This document shows positions 10,552-20,321 of a stretch of 47,352 bases of DNA, in pieces. The position numbers and the translations under genes were made by a program. Below the pieces are notes generated by a model. The model worked only from the letters and a program-made list of their open reading frames with translations. It was not told the DNA's origin and made no database searches. Source of the stretch: Phycisphaera sp. (lineage in GTDB: Bacteria > Planctomycetota > Phycisphaerae > Phycisphaerales > Phycisphaeraceae); NCBI GenBank assembly GCA_028285385.1, contig JANQPR010000030.1:1-47352 (forward strand). Reading direction: 5' to 3'. Every line of letters starts with the position of its first letter. The stretch's first letter is position 1.

Positions 10552-11346
10552 ATGGCTGCTTCCCCTCGTTCCGCCTTCACGCTTATCGAACTGCTGGTGG
10601 TCATCTCGATCATCGCGTTGCTGATCGGCATCCTCTTGCCTGCCCTGGGCGCCGCGCGGGAAACCGCCCGGTCAGCGGCGTGCTCGAGCAACCTCCGTCA
10701 AATGGGCGTCGCCAATATGGCGTATGCCGCGGACCACGGAGGCGCAATCCCGATTGGCTACGACAGCACGACCAAGCGGAGCACCTACTTCCTTTACTTC
10801 CGGACGGGGGGCCCCGGGGTGGCGATTACGCAGGGCCTGCTCAACGAGGAGGGCTTTCTTGGGGCACCGGAGGCGGTCTACTGCCCGTCGGAGCAAAACG
10901 AAGGGCGGCAGTACAACACGGAGAGAAACCCGTGGCGGCTCAAGGGCGGGATCTTGCTCGACCCCGCGGGTGACAAGCTCCAGCCCACGCGCAGCGGTTA
11001 TGACTGCCGCCCCATGCGTGTGTGGCAGTTCCTTAAGCCCTACGAGACGCTTGGCGGCCGGGTGCTCTTCCCCAACATCAACGAGCAATACTTCATGGAA
11101 CGCAAGGCGATCCTGTCGGACGCGGTGGCCTTCCAGAACTCGGTGGTCAATCGCCACGAAAACGGGGTCAACTCCGTGCACAGCGACGGCAGTGTGGGTC
11201 GTACGCCGAACAAAGAAGTCGACGACATCATCGAGCAGTTGGTTGGCAGCTTCCACGACAATGAGGCGGCTTCTCAGTTGATGCTTGACGAAGACGCCGA
11301 CCCGCCCACCGGGCTCTGGATCCGGCTTGACAAGGGCGAGCGGTAA
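10552..11346 (+). CDS. DUF1559 / H-X9-DG family protein with prepilin-type N-terminal cleavage/methylation motif (Planctomycete type II pseudopilin-like)
   Basis: N-terminus [26 protein letters not shown]. An SVHSDGSV block (H-x-DG) is present and an RBS lies upstream. Confidence 0.7.
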   Translation: MAASPRSAFTLIELLVVISIIALLIGILLPALGAARETARSAACSSNLRQMGVANMAYAADHGGAIPIGYDSTTKRSTYFLYFRTGGPGVAITQGLLNEEGFLGAPEAVYCPSEQNEGRQYNTERNPWRLKGGILLDPAGDKLQPTRSGYDCRPMRVWQFLKPYETLGGRVLFPNINEQYFMERKAILSDAVAFQNSVVNRHENGVNSVHSDGSVGRTPNKEVDDIIEQLVGSFHDNEAASQLMLDEDADPPTGLWIRLDKGER

Positions 11347-11402
11347 CCCGGGAAAGGCGCTGCTCCGAACTTGACGACGCTTTAGTCCCGGGAACTCTTC
11401 TG

Positions 11403-13172
11403 ATGTCGCGAACCGCGACTCCTCAAACTTTGATCGCCGATGACTTGGATGCGCACCGGGCATTCTTGGCACGGTGCGGGTCCAACTTCGATGAATCCCA
11501 CATGCTGGTTGGGGAGCGTGCAAAGAGCCTCGGCTATCACTCCAGCCACGCCGACGGAACCTGGGTTCACCAGACGCGTGAGTCGTTGGACTACGCCTTG
11601 GCATTGTTGGACGGCGGGTCGGCGAATGAGATCGCGCGGGCCGAGCACATCATCAGAGCGGTGGTCGAGCTTCAAGACGTGGAACCCACCAGCCCGACGT
11701 TTGGCGTCTGGCCGTGGACCCTTGAAGAACCGCTTGCCGAGATGGACCCGCCGGACCTGAACTGGGCGGACTTCTGCGGCGCCCGACTGGTCCATGCGTT
11801 GGCATGCTTCGGGGACGCGATGACCGACGAGACGTGCCGATTGACCACCACTGCGGCCCGTCATGCTGCTTGGGCGATCTTTCGCCGCAACACGGGGCCG
11901 GACTACACCAACATCGCGATCCTGGGCGCGCTCGTCACGCTTGCGGTGGGTGAACTGGTAGACGATCCGTTGCTCGTCCGGTTCGGGCGCGACCGACTCC
12001 GTGCGGTTCGCGACCTCGCCGGCCCGGAAGGACGGTTTGCCGAGTTCAATAGCCCGACGTACACGGTGGTGGCGCTCGTCGAGTTGGACCGCCTGTGTGC
12101 GGTGGTCCATGACGACCAGGCCCTCGCGCTGGCGCGCGAGTTGCACCGAGTACTCTGGCAGATGATTGCGGAGCACTTCCACCCGCCCACGCAGCAGTGG
12201 GCCGGCCCTCACAGCCGCGCATACTCGGACTTATTGGAACCTTGGATCGCCTCTTATCTTTCGGGCGCGGTGGGTATCCCGCTTCGAGCCGTCATGCCCC
12301 GCGATCGCAACGCCGGCTCGGAGTCCGATGCGAAGGGGCCGTGGTTCGTGCCGCCGGAGCGATACAGCACCGCGCCGGTCGTCGCGTGCCCCAACGGTCT
12401 TCGCGAGAGATTCTTGTCGGCGCAGAGTGATGGCGAGCGTTGTTTTCGACGGGTCTACCAGGCACATCCCGACGGAGAACAGACCGTCGGCACGACGTGG
12501 TTTGGAGAGGACGCCTGCTTAGGAAGTGTCAATCACAGCTTCGGTTGGGTGCAACGGCGCTCCCTCTTGGGCTACTGGCCGACCCGGACCCGCGACGCCA
12601 GCGAGGGCGTCGCCGTTCTTCGGCTGCGCGCCCTCAAAGACGGCGCGGACTTCTCGGCCGTCCGATTCCGAATGAACCAACAGGGGAGGCGGGTCTTGGC
12701 GACCGCGGGCCCGGCCATCGGCACCGGAGATCATCACCCAATCCTCGGGCAGCCCGAAGGCGGGCGGTTTGCGTTCCGCGAACTGGCCGTTCGACTCGAG
12801 TTGACCGCGGCCGACGCAATGGTCGAAGACTTGGGGTGTGATCGTTTCGCTCTGCAAGCCGGTTGTTGGAAGGCCGTGCTTCACGGGGTGCCAGGGGTCT
12901 GGGACGGTCGGCCGATTCACTATGGCGCGTCTGTCGTCGCGGATGGAACCGTTGCCATCGACCTGATTCTCTACAAGGGAGAGCCACAGTGTTCGTCGAT
13001 GGCATCCGTCTTGGCTGAGGTCGGGTGGACGATCGAAGTCCTTCACGCAGACGAGGCGGTTTCCCCCGCGCCCCGTTGGGAGCGTGATTCGGATGGGCTC
13101 AAGCTGACGTGGGGCGTAGGCAGTACGCTTGCCGTGCCTGCGCTCACCGCGGCCGAGCCGCTGCGTTGGTAA
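11403..13172 (+). CDS. Hypothetical protein (589 aa), possibly a polysaccharide-active (alpha/alpha)-toroid enzyme
   Basis: Long ORF with no obvious low complexity and no recognisable catalytic motif. The gene context is glycan degradation. Confidence 0.4.
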   Translation: MSRTATPQTLIADDLDAHRAFLARCGSNFDESHMLVGERAKSLGYHSSHADGTWVHQTRESLDYALALLDGGSANEIARAEHIIRAVVELQDVEPTSPTFGVWPWTLEEPLAEMDPPDLNWADFCGARLVHALACFGDAMTDETCRLTTTAARHAAWAIFRRNTGPDYTNIAILGALVTLAVGELVDDPLLVRFGRDRLRAVRDLAGPEGRFAEFNSPTYTVVALVELDRLCAVVHDDQALALARELHRVLWQMIAEHFHPPTQQWAGPHSRAYSDLLEPWIASYLSGAVGIPLRAVMPRDRNAGSESDAKGPWFVPPERYSTAPVVACPNGLRERFLSAQSDGERCFRRVYQAHPDGEQTVGTTWFGEDACLGSVNHSFGWVQRRSLLGYWPTRTRDASEGVAVLRLRALKDGADFSAVRFRMNQQGRRVLATAGPAIGTGDHHPILGQPEGGRFAFRELAVRLELTAADAMVEDLGCDRFALQAGCWKAVLHGVPGVWDGRPIHYGASVVADGTVAIDLILYKGEPQCSSMASVLAEVGWTIEVLHADEAVSPAPRWERDSDGLKLTWGVGSTLAVPALTAAEPLRW

Positions 13173-13210
13173 CGCCTGCGCCACGACGTCATGTCTGTGT
13201 TTGCTCCGGA

Positions 13211-14377
13211 TCAAGTGACTTTGCGGTGGACGTCGCTGCGGTAGGTCGATGGCGAGCACCCCACTTCGCGCTTGAAGCTGACGGCAAAGGTGCTCTGGCT
13301 CGTGAAACCGGAGCGGATCGAAACATCGAGGATCGACATTGATGAGTTTCGGAGCAGGAGTTTCGCCCGGTCAATGCGAACCCGGCGGAGTTCTTCGGCC
13401 GGCGTGCGGCCCAGCAGCCGCGTGAACTGGATCTCAAGCCAACGGCGGGACACGGGCACCGCGTCGAGCACGTCGCGGATGTCGATGCCTTCATCCGCGT
13501 GGTCACGGATGAACTGAAGCGCATCAACCACGTGTTTGTTGTCGATCGCGAACACATCGGACGAGTGGCGGGTCACCACGCGGACCGGCGGCACCATCCG
13601 CCGTGTCCCTAGGTTCGTGTCCCCGGACATCATCTGATGCAGCAACCGCGCGGACTCGTAGCCCATTAGCTCCGAGTCGAGTTCGATGCTCGAGAGTGGT
13701 GGTGCCGTCAGTCCGCACAACACCTCGTCGTCGTCTACGCCGATCACCGCGACGTCCTCCGGGACGCGAACGCGAAACTGCCGACAGGCATCTAAGACGC
13801 CCTGAGCCTTAAGGTCGTTCTGCACGAAGACCCCGATGGGCTTCGGTAGTTCCCGCAGCCACTGGCCCAACTCCTGGATCGTGTCGGATGTCAGGTCCTC
13901 TTCCGGCAGGTCAAACCGAAACACCTGCCGACGGTGGGCCTCGGCGTACTCGTTGAATCCACGCAACCGTGGCTTGACGAACTCACGCTGCGACTCCCCG
14001 ACGCAGCCGAGATACTCAAAACCGCGCTGGACGTACTCGTGCGCCGCCATCCGGCCGACCGCGACGTGATCACACTGGATCGTTGGCAGCGCCAGGCCCT
14101 CGATTTCGCTCGCCCCGACGTTGACGACCGGCAGCCCGCTCTTGGCGATCGCACGGGCAACCCGCTCGACCGCGACCAGCGCAATCACCCCGTGCGCTTG
14201 AGAGAGGTCCGGCGGGTCCGCGTAGTGGGCCCAAGGGCTGAACCGGAAAGACCAGCGGGCGTGCTCGGTGCTGAACTGGGCGATGCCGTTGAGAATCCGG
14301 CGGTTATGGCCGCTGATGGGAGGGATCGCCAGCACAATCAGCGGTGTCGAAAAGCGGGTTCGATTGCGCTCCATCAA
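13211..14377 (-). CDS. XylR-like transcriptional regulator (periplasmic-binding-protein-like sugar-sensor domain + AraC-type HTH)
   Basis: C-terminal AraC HTH (RLLGRTPAEELRRVRIDRAKLLLRNSSMSILDVSIRSGFTSQSTFAVSFKREVG). The N-terminal domain resembles LacI/PBP sugar-binding folds. Confidence 0.7.
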   Translation of the reverse strand: MMERNRTRFSTPLIVLAIPPISGHNRRILNGIAQFSTEHARWSFRFSPWAHYADPPDLSQAHGVIALVAVERVARAIAKSGLPVVNVGASEIEGLALPTIQCDHVAVGRMAAHEYVQRGFEYLGCVGESQREFVKPRLRGFNEYAEAHRRQVFRFDLPEEDLTSDTIQELGQWLRELPKPIGVFVQNDLKAQGVLDACRQFRVRVPEDVAVIGVDDDEVLCGLTAPPLSSIELDSELMGYESARLLHQMMSGDTNLGTRRMVPPVRVVTRHSSDVFAIDNKHVVDALQFIRDHADEGIDIRDVLDAVPVSRRWLEIQFTRLLGRTPAEELRRVRIDRAKLLLRNSSMSILDVSIRSGFTSQSTFAVSFKREVGCSPSTYRSDVHRKVT

Positions 14378-14523
14378 AAAAGTATAACGCTAAAAACGAA
14401 CCACAAACCGACGCCTGCGGTACTTTCTCCGGAGTAACGAGAACTCCGGCCGCCCGTCGCACGACGAGTCCTGGTCGCGGTCGTCTCGCCCTATCCGTGT
14501 TCGGTGTCACCCAGGAGGAAACC

Positions 14524-15675
14524 ATGTCTTTGATTCTCGAAACGCCCATCCGATCCGTCCCTCTGCTTATCGCCGCGACGCTTTCGGGGCCCGCATGGGC
14601 GAACACCGTGGTCATCGACGACACGTTCGATGAGATCGTTCCCGAGGTCGCGGTCACGCCGGCCGACGATCTCGACGACCCGCTGGATGTGGCTTGGACC
14701 CCGATCAGCAACTCGGCCAGCCAAGTCCGCGTCGGCGGGCCGGACGACCTCATTGTTTTCGGCACGCCGTTGACCAGCGGCGACTGGTTGGAGGCCAGCA
14801 AGAATGGCGCATTCGGAGGGATCCGCGCGAACTTCGCGAGTGATCCGTTGCTGACGCTCGGCTCGGGCGACACGCTGACCGCAACCTTCGACCTGGTCCT
14901 GTTTGACAACCCTCTGGGCCCGCCGACTGGAGGCAATGGCTCGGGGTTCCGGTTCGGTTTCTTCGATAGCAGCGGCTACGGCGCGTTCGCCAGCGTGGGG
15001 ATCGACGGCGCATCGTCGACCGGCAACACTTCGGTCCGTATCCGCCAAGACCCCAGCCCGGATACCAACGACCTCATGGCCGGTGGTTCAGGCCTCCGGG
15101 ATTTCGAAGGTCCTAACGATGTGACGAATGCGGTGGATGCCGAAAACGGGCTCTTGATCGACGAGATCTATCAGGTCCTCCTCAGCGCGGAACGCACCGC
15201 GAACGACCGCACGCTGTACACGGTGGAGATCAACGGCGTCACAACGACGTCGCTCGACGTGGACGACCTTGACGACCCCGGCGACGCTCTGTTTGACTTC
15301 AGCGAAGGCTTCTTCGTGATCCGTACTGGCAACGATCAATCAGACCTGCGGATCGACAACTTCAAGATCGAGTCCACCGTGGTGGGGGTAGGTGTGATCA
15401 CCGGCGACTACGACGTGAGCGGACAGGTCGAGCAAGGCGACCTCGACATCGTCCTTCAGAACTGGGGAACCGGAACATTCACGGGCGACGAGGCCGCGCT
15501 CGTCGGGGGCGGGCCATTCGACGGCACCGTCGACCAGAACGAACTCGACGGCGTCCTGCAGAACTGGGGTTCGACGAGCGCTCCGAGTTTCGATGGCAGT
15601 GCCGTGCCCGAACCTGCCGCCGCCTGTGCACTGTTCGGCCTCGGTGGGCTCGCCATGTCCCGACGTCGCGCTTGA
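14524..15675 (+). CDS. PEP-CTERM protein, paralogue of 9478..10386, with two inserted dockerin-like repeats
   Basis: Signal peptide MSLILETPIRSVPLLIAATLSGPAWA. The central region is collinear with the 9478 protein. It carries GDYDVSGQVEQGDLDIVLQNWG and DGTVDQNELDGVLQNWG repeats and a C-terminal VPEPAAACALFGLGGLAMSRRRA. Confidence 0.65.
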   Translation: MSLILETPIRSVPLLIAATLSGPAWANTVVIDDTFDEIVPEVAVTPADDLDDPLDVAWTPISNSASQVRVGGPDDLIVFGTPLTSGDWLEASKNGAFGGIRANFASDPLLTLGSGDTLTATFDLVLFDNPLGPPTGGNGSGFRFGFFDSSGYGAFASVGIDGASSTGNTSVRIRQDPSPDTNDLMAGGSGLRDFEGPNDVTNAVDAENGLLIDEIYQVLLSAERTANDRTLYTVEINGVTTTSLDVDDLDDPGDALFDFSEGFFVIRTGNDQSDLRIDNFKIESTVVGVGVITGDYDVSGQVEQGDLDIVLQNWGTGTFTGDEAALVGGGPFDGTVDQNELDGVLQNWGSTSAPSFDGSAVPEPAAACALFGLGGLAMSRRRA

Positions 15676-16005
15676 TTCAACACCTCTTCATCCTCGGAAC
15701 CATCCAGCGTCGGCTGGGGGTGGTCCCCAGCCGGCGTTTTCGTGTCAGCTCAGGAAGAGCGGAGCCCCACGACTCTTTGCCGCGTGTGGGCACACACATG
15801 ACTGCTAGTGACCAGCAACTTTGGTGATGCAAAAATCGTTGAGACGTGGCTCATCGTCGTCGGAGGCGCATTTCTTGCCTACGTCCAGCGATCACTCTCC
15901 GACATCGAGTGAGTCGTGGAGACACGTTCGTTGGAGACTGCTCGGCTTCCTTCCCGCGCTCATACCGCCGATGGTGCTTCACACCGGAGATAACCTGTAG
16001 TCAGT

Positions 16006-18285
16006 TTAGTTCAGCCCGAAGTGATGCGATAGCCCATTGGCGCCCTCGACAACAGATGACGCGTCGCGAACTTCGCGGGACCCGATCCGAACGGTCTCGC
16101 CAGCATTCACGTCGAGCATGAGCACTTGATGCCGTCCAATCTCAGAAGAAACCCCGGATGTGCTCGGGAGCCGTTCCCCCGGGTAGACCACACGCAGCAT
16201 TCCGCTCGTCCCGGCGATCAGTGTGATCGACTCCACCCGCTCATCGCGGTAGATCCCGCTTACCTCGTGCCCACCCGCGATCCTGAGCCCGTTGAAGATC
16301 ACATCGGCCCAAGCCGTCGGAACGGACGTGAATACCCGCACGGTATTCGGCTCCGAGGGTGAGTGGAACGACTGTACGGTCGCCAACTCCAGCGCCGCCG
16401 AAGCCGCGTGCAGCGGCGTTTCGATCACCGGCCCGGTTTCGCGGTAGAAGGTGTTCGGCTGCGGGAACTCGTTGAAGTACTGCTGCAAAGCGGCCAACCC
16501 GCGATCACCGTCACCGAGCCTCGCGTACATCTTCGTTGCGGCCGTGTAGGTGTACCCCTTGAACCCCCAGCCCCACTGCGGCCGATCAAGCCACCGCTCG
16601 ATTGATTTCTCGACCAGTGCACGGTCTGATGGCCGATCCACGCTAAGTAGGCCAAGTGGATAGAAGGCGACCAGATGCGAGAAGTGCCGGTGCATCCAAT
16701 CCATGGTGTAGCCCTGACCCACCATTAGACCTGTTTCGGGGTCAACAAGTAGGCCGACGAGCCGACGGTTGGCGTCTCGGTACCGCGCGACCTCTCCGGA
16801 GGTGTCTTCGTAACGTTCCGCGTGCCATATCGCCTCGCCAAGAGCCCACTTCATCAACGCGATGTTGTAGTTGGTGTCTAGGATTTTGTCGGAGTGCGAT
16901 ACCCCGGCTTGATACTCCGGCGAGATGTCCGGCGGAAAATGCAGCCGGCCGTCTTCCCCCTCAACCAGATTCGCGAGGACAAAGTTGACGCCTCGTTTCA
17001 GCATGGGGTAGTAGCGTTCTTTCCTGCGCTCTTCGTCAGGGAAGTACTCAAGGAAACGGCTGTAGTTGTGCATCAACCACAGAAAGTTGCCGTACTCATA
17101 TTTGAACTCTGTCCCCGCAAACGGTGCCCATGTCCGCCCGCACGACGCGCCGTCTGCCCGGTGTTCTTCCGGAACGGCATCGATGAAATGTTGCTGATGA
17201 GTATCGATGTAGTCGAAGAGGGTGCGCGCGACATCAAGCTGATTCGATTCCCACGTGAACGGGTACGTAATTTGGAGGTTAAGATTAAGCCACATCCGAG
17301 GCCAGGGGGTCGAGCGAAACCACGGCCCCATCAAGTCAATCGGCACCGAGCCCGGCCGGGCCGCCGCCCGAATCTTGTAGAGACTCACCCAATGATTCGC
17401 TTCGATGCGCTTGTCGGGCAGCGAAACGTACGAACTCGCGAAGTACTTTTCCCAGACCGAGTAATGCGCCGCAAGGCGATCGTCGCGCGGATGAGCGGCA
17501 CGTTCTGCAATCAGGTCGGCTGACTTGAGCATGCGGTGAGAAACAGGTTCAGAATATGGCTCTGTTGTCCAGAGCAATCGCGCAGAACCATTGTCTGCCC
17601 GAAACCGATATTGCAGGACATACCCCTGCTCATCGTTGAACGGCACACTCCGAAAAGTTGAATCGCCAGCCGTGCCGTGCTCCTCATCGGCCAACTGACG
17701 CGTCGTAGGTAGATCGTCAAGGGCATCATGGACGGCAGGTGAAGCAAGGTCCCATCTTGCTTCGCGGAGTTCTTCAATCTCTCCAAGATCGTTCCAGATC
17801 CCTCGCGAACTCGCCCCGGGCATCCGTAGGTGCCGAAACGAAAGTGACTCGCGACCCGTAGTCTCGAAATGAACGTCGCAGACGTCAGCATTTGCATCTG
17901 TAAACATATGAAACGCAACACTGCCCTTGCTGGTTTCGAGTCTGCCGGTCACTTCCGAGCGATACAGGGACTGTCGCATCGAAAAGCCGAGCACCTCGCC
18001 CGATGGCCGCACTAAGAAGACACCGATCGGCGTGCGATCGGTCCCGTTGTAGATGTACGTGTCACCGATGTCGAACCGCAAGGAACCGTCGGAATGTAAT
18101 CTGATCGTGGTGCCCAACCGTCCGTTGCCGTTGAACGCTGCAGAACTCCAGGTTGTCGGAGCTTCGTCCCAGACGAGATCAAAGTTCGCGATGTACCAGG
18201 CGCGGTCGAGTGCCGACGGGTCTTGAGCCATCATCGATGTCGAGTAAAGAAGCAGACAAGCCGCGTGGGCGAACCAACTGGTCAT
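16006..18285 (-). CDS. Six-hairpin glycoside hydrolase, GH95-like (alpha-L-fucosidase family), secreted
   Basis: 759 aa with an N-terminal signal. The AAFNGNGRLGTTI motif matches the conserved GNGRLG of the GH95 N-terminal domain. Confidence 0.45.
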   Translation of the reverse strand: MTSWFAHAACLLLYSTSMMAQDPSALDRAWYIANFDLVWDEAPTTWSSAAFNGNGRLGTTIRLHSDGSLRFDIGDTYIYNGTDRTPIGVFLVRPSGEVLGFSMRQSLYRSEVTGRLETSKGSVAFHMFTDANADVCDVHFETTGRESLSFRHLRMPGASSRGIWNDLGEIEELREARWDLASPAVHDALDDLPTTRQLADEEHGTAGDSTFRSVPFNDEQGYVLQYRFRADNGSARLLWTTEPYSEPVSHRMLKSADLIAERAAHPRDDRLAAHYSVWEKYFASSYVSLPDKRIEANHWVSLYKIRAAARPGSVPIDLMGPWFRSTPWPRMWLNLNLQITYPFTWESNQLDVARTLFDYIDTHQQHFIDAVPEEHRADGASCGRTWAPFAGTEFKYEYGNFLWLMHNYSRFLEYFPDEERRKERYYPMLKRGVNFVLANLVEGEDGRLHFPPDISPEYQAGVSHSDKILDTNYNIALMKWALGEAIWHAERYEDTSGEVARYRDANRRLVGLLVDPETGLMVGQGYTMDWMHRHFSHLVAFYPLGLLSVDRPSDRALVEKSIERWLDRPQWGWGFKGYTYTAATKMYARLGDGDRGLAALQQYFNEFPQPNTFYRETGPVIETPLHAASAALELATVQSFHSPSEPNTVRVFTSVPTAWADVIFNGLRIAGGHEVSGIYRDERVESITLIAGTSGMLRVVYPGERLPSTSGVSSEIGRHQVLMLDVNAGETVRIGSREVRDASSVVEGANGLSHHFGLN

Positions 18286-19050
18286 ACTTGATTCCTCTTG
18301 GCAACGCGCCGTAAGCCACGAATCATCTTGACGGGTCTTGCAGCCACCGAGTCGAGCGCGGGCTTCTTTCTCACCCTATTCCAAGCTTGCCGCCTCTCGA
18401 CTCGGGGGGTAAATAGCGACGTCGGGTGAGATCGATCTCGAAGCCGCTATCAATCCCGAGGTACTGCGTTGGGCGCGTGTTCAACGAAACACCTGTTCCA
18501 TGATTTCGATGACGGTGAGCGAGGGTGAGCCGGATCGTCCACCGAAACACCCCACACGCCCAAGGCCGGCGTGTTACTAGGCTTGTTTGGCTTGGTCGTC
18601 TGAAGCCTGGACAACTCTTCTGTCGATTGACTGCCAGTTCGTTAAGATGAGTGTGTACTGGGGTTTAGTCATCACAGACAACCTACCGTGACTTTGTGCA
18701 GAAATTGCGTCTATTGCGATATTGGTTTTCGAATGTACGAAGCCCACGTCGTGGCGCATAAAATTGATTTGCAGGCTTGACTGCTGCTTCAAGGGAGTTG
18801 TCATGCCCTCGAGTTTTCAAAGTGACTGCCTTCGATTGCTTTTCTGAACATCCGTCGACGGCAAGACAGCAACAACGACCTGCCTGGTCCCGACGCCGTT
18901 TCCGGGTTTGGACCTCCCACTTGTCCCGGTCTTGGTCTCGGTCAACAGACTTAAAGGCTTGGGTCCTCGGAGAACGGCCGTGCGTGAACGGGTAGCTGGC
19001 TCCGCGCTTCCCTTGGCCTAGATTGTCCGCACGCCACTGCCCGTGGCAAC

Positions 19051-19185
19051 GAACCCAACCGAGCCCTATACAAACCCTGCTAGTTGATCTCAGGTCGTCC
19101 AGAGAAGAAGGCCCGCCGTAAGTGACGGGCCTTTCGTGGGTTGCAAAGTAGCGGGGGCAGGATTCGAACCTGCGACCTCCGGGTT
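19051..19185. repeat. Direct-repeat copy 1: conserved block, hairpin terminator (19108-19135), then the 3' half of a minus-strand tRNA (T-arm and acceptor, 19147-19185)
   Basis: cccaaccgagccctatacaaaccctgc ... aaggcccgccgtaagtgacgggcctttc ... agtagcgggggcaggattcgaacctgcgacctccgggtt. The copy at 29877-30010 is near-identical, with diverged spacers between the blocks. Confidence 0.7.
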
Positions 19186-19371
19186 GTAAGACGCAACCGG
19201 ATGATCGCGTAATCTCTGATTGCACTTGATTTTGCGTCGTTTTCCGGATCTGAGGGCGCGGCCGAATGAGGCAGAATGTGGTGTATCGGGAGCGCGCGGC
19301 GAGCCCGATACGAGCCTTCATTGCCAGGATGAAAGCCGGTCACCGAAGCAGGTCAGGCGACGGTGCGAGAG

Positions 19372-19581
19372 CTAGGACGCTTCGAAGTGCAACGCCCGCG
19401 CATCGGACATCAAAGCGCGTAACGCGCGGATGTGAACGGCGCCATATCGCCGGTGTCCGCCCGGCGTGCGGTGAGCCGGCGGGATCAAGCCTTGACGTTC
19501 CCACACGCGCAGCGACTCGGGCGAGACGCCGAAGCGTTTAGCAAGCTGGCCAATCCGGATCGTGTTGTGCGGCGGAATCAT
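19372..19581 (-). CDS. Small MerR-type HTH protein (excisionase/AlpA-like)
   Basis: MIPPHNTIRIGQLAKRFGVSPESLRVWERQGLIPPAHRTPGGHRRYGAVHIRAL carries a MerR-family HTH with the GHRRY signature. It is 69 aa and lies next to repeat copy 1. Confidence 0.4.
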   Translation of the reverse strand: MIPPHNTIRIGQLAKRFGVSPESLRVWERQGLIPPAHRTPGGHRRYGAVHIRALRALMSDARALHFEAS

Positions 19582-19616
19582 GTTGGCGCTCTCTTGACCG
19601 GTCTGCTCGTGTTCAA

Positions 19617-19689
19617 CGGCCCTCCCCGGACTCGAACCGGGCACCTCCGGATTCAGAGTCCGGCGTGCATCCCGTTGCACCTGAGGGCT
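19617..19689 (-). tRNA. tRNA-Gln(CTG)
   Basis: Manual fold. The D-stem is gtgc/gcac. The anticodon stem is ccgga/tccgg with loop ctctgaa. The T-arm is cccgg-ttcgagt-ccggg and the discriminator is G. Confidence 0.65.
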
Positions 19690-19704
19690 TGCTTGCATTC
19701 CAAG

Positions 19705-19787
19705 TGGGACAGGACGGAGTCGAACCGCCACAGCCTTTCGGCGGCTGGTTTACAGCCAGCTGGGCTCGCCGGTGCCCAAGCTGCCCC
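19705..19787 (-). tRNA. tRNA-Tyr(GTA), type II
   Basis: Acceptor ggggcag/ctgtccc. Anticodon stem gctgg/ccagc with loop ctgtaaa. The variable arm is 14 nt long and the T-loop is ttcgact. Confidence 0.7.
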
Positions 19788-19791
19788 GCGC

Positions 19792-19838
19792 CGGAAAGTC
19801 TTCCCGCCAATGTCGCGTTTGCAGTGAAGACTTTCCGG
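19792..19838. promoter_or_regulatory. Perfect 13-bp inverted repeat hairpin between tRNA-Ser and tRNA-Tyr
   Basis: The arms ccggaaagtcttc and gaagactttccgg are separated by a 21-nt loop. Confidence 0.5.
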
Positions 19839-19847
19839 TCAGGCGTA

Positions 19848-19934
19848 GCGGAAGGCGGAGGACTCGAACCCCAAGCGGCGTACGCTCCACCCGTTTTCGA
19901 GACGGGGGCCGCCCCGACGGCGGGCTTCACCTTC
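19848..19934 (-). tRNA. tRNA-Ser(CGA), type II
   Basis: Acceptor ggaaggt/gccttcc. Anticodon stem cccgt/acggg with loop ctcgaaa. It has a long variable arm and a ttcgagt T-loop. Confidence 0.65.
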
Positions 19935-19968
19935 CGGAATGCCGCTCGCTCCAACGCGAGCAGGGTCA

Positions 19969-20039
19969 ATACCCCGTCCGGGTTTCGATCCCGGTCCTCC
20001 GGCTTGAAAGGCCGGCGTCTCGCCATTCGACCAACGGGG
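19969..20039 (-). tRNA. tRNA-Glu(TTC) with non-canonical T-loop ATCGAAA
   Basis: Acceptor gccccgt/acggggt. Anticodon stem ccggc/gccgg with loop ctttcaa. It has a 4-nt variable loop. The T-arm is ccggg-atcgaaa-cccgg. Confidence 0.55.
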
Positions 20040-20084
20040 CGTTGTCACGAGTACTGAACAGGCACGGCTTGCGCTCCTTTTCAA

Positions 20085-20172
20085 GCGGAAGGCGGTGGGC
20101 ACGATCCACAGGCGCTCGTGCGCCCCATCCGGCTAGCAACCGGAGCGGCGGCCGGCCCGCCGTTCACCTTCC
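20085..20172 (-). tRNA. tRNA-Ser(GCT), type II, non-canonical T-loop ATCGTGC
   Basis: Acceptor ggaaggt/gccttcc, the same as in Ser-CGA. Anticodon stem tccgg/ccgga with loop ttgctag. The variable arm forms ggcgc-acga-gcgcc. Confidence 0.55.
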
Positions 20173-20180
20173 AAGTCAAG

Positions 20181-20253
20181 AGGCCGGAGCGGGAATCGAA
20201 CCCGCATCTGGCGCGGTTGCAGCGCGCCGCCTTTACCATTCAGCCACCCGGCC
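20181..20253 (-). tRNA. tRNA-Cys(GCA)
   Basis: Acceptor ggccggg/tccggcc. Anticodon stem gcgcg/cgcgc with loop ctgcaac. T-arm gcggg-ttcgatt-cccgc. Confidence 0.7.
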
Positions 20254-20286
20254 ACGTTGAAGAGCGGATCAACGCGACGGAAATCG

Positions 20287-20313
20287 TGCGGCCGGCACCT
20301 TTCCGGCCGCACG
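20287..20313. terminator. GC hairpin downstream of the 274-aa gene (minus strand), terminator-like
   Basis: gtgcggccgg-cacctttc-cggccgcac. Confidence 0.4.
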
Positions 20314-20321
20314 GGTTAGGG

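Noticed and set aside
19147-19260. Repeat copy 1, or copy 2 at 29971-30090, as an intact tRNA, possibly with a group I intron
   Set aside because: Neither copy has the complement (agcgggg-like) of its 3' acceptor strand within 120 nt upstream in tRNA orientation, and no intron core motifs were recognisable. They are treated as partial copies.
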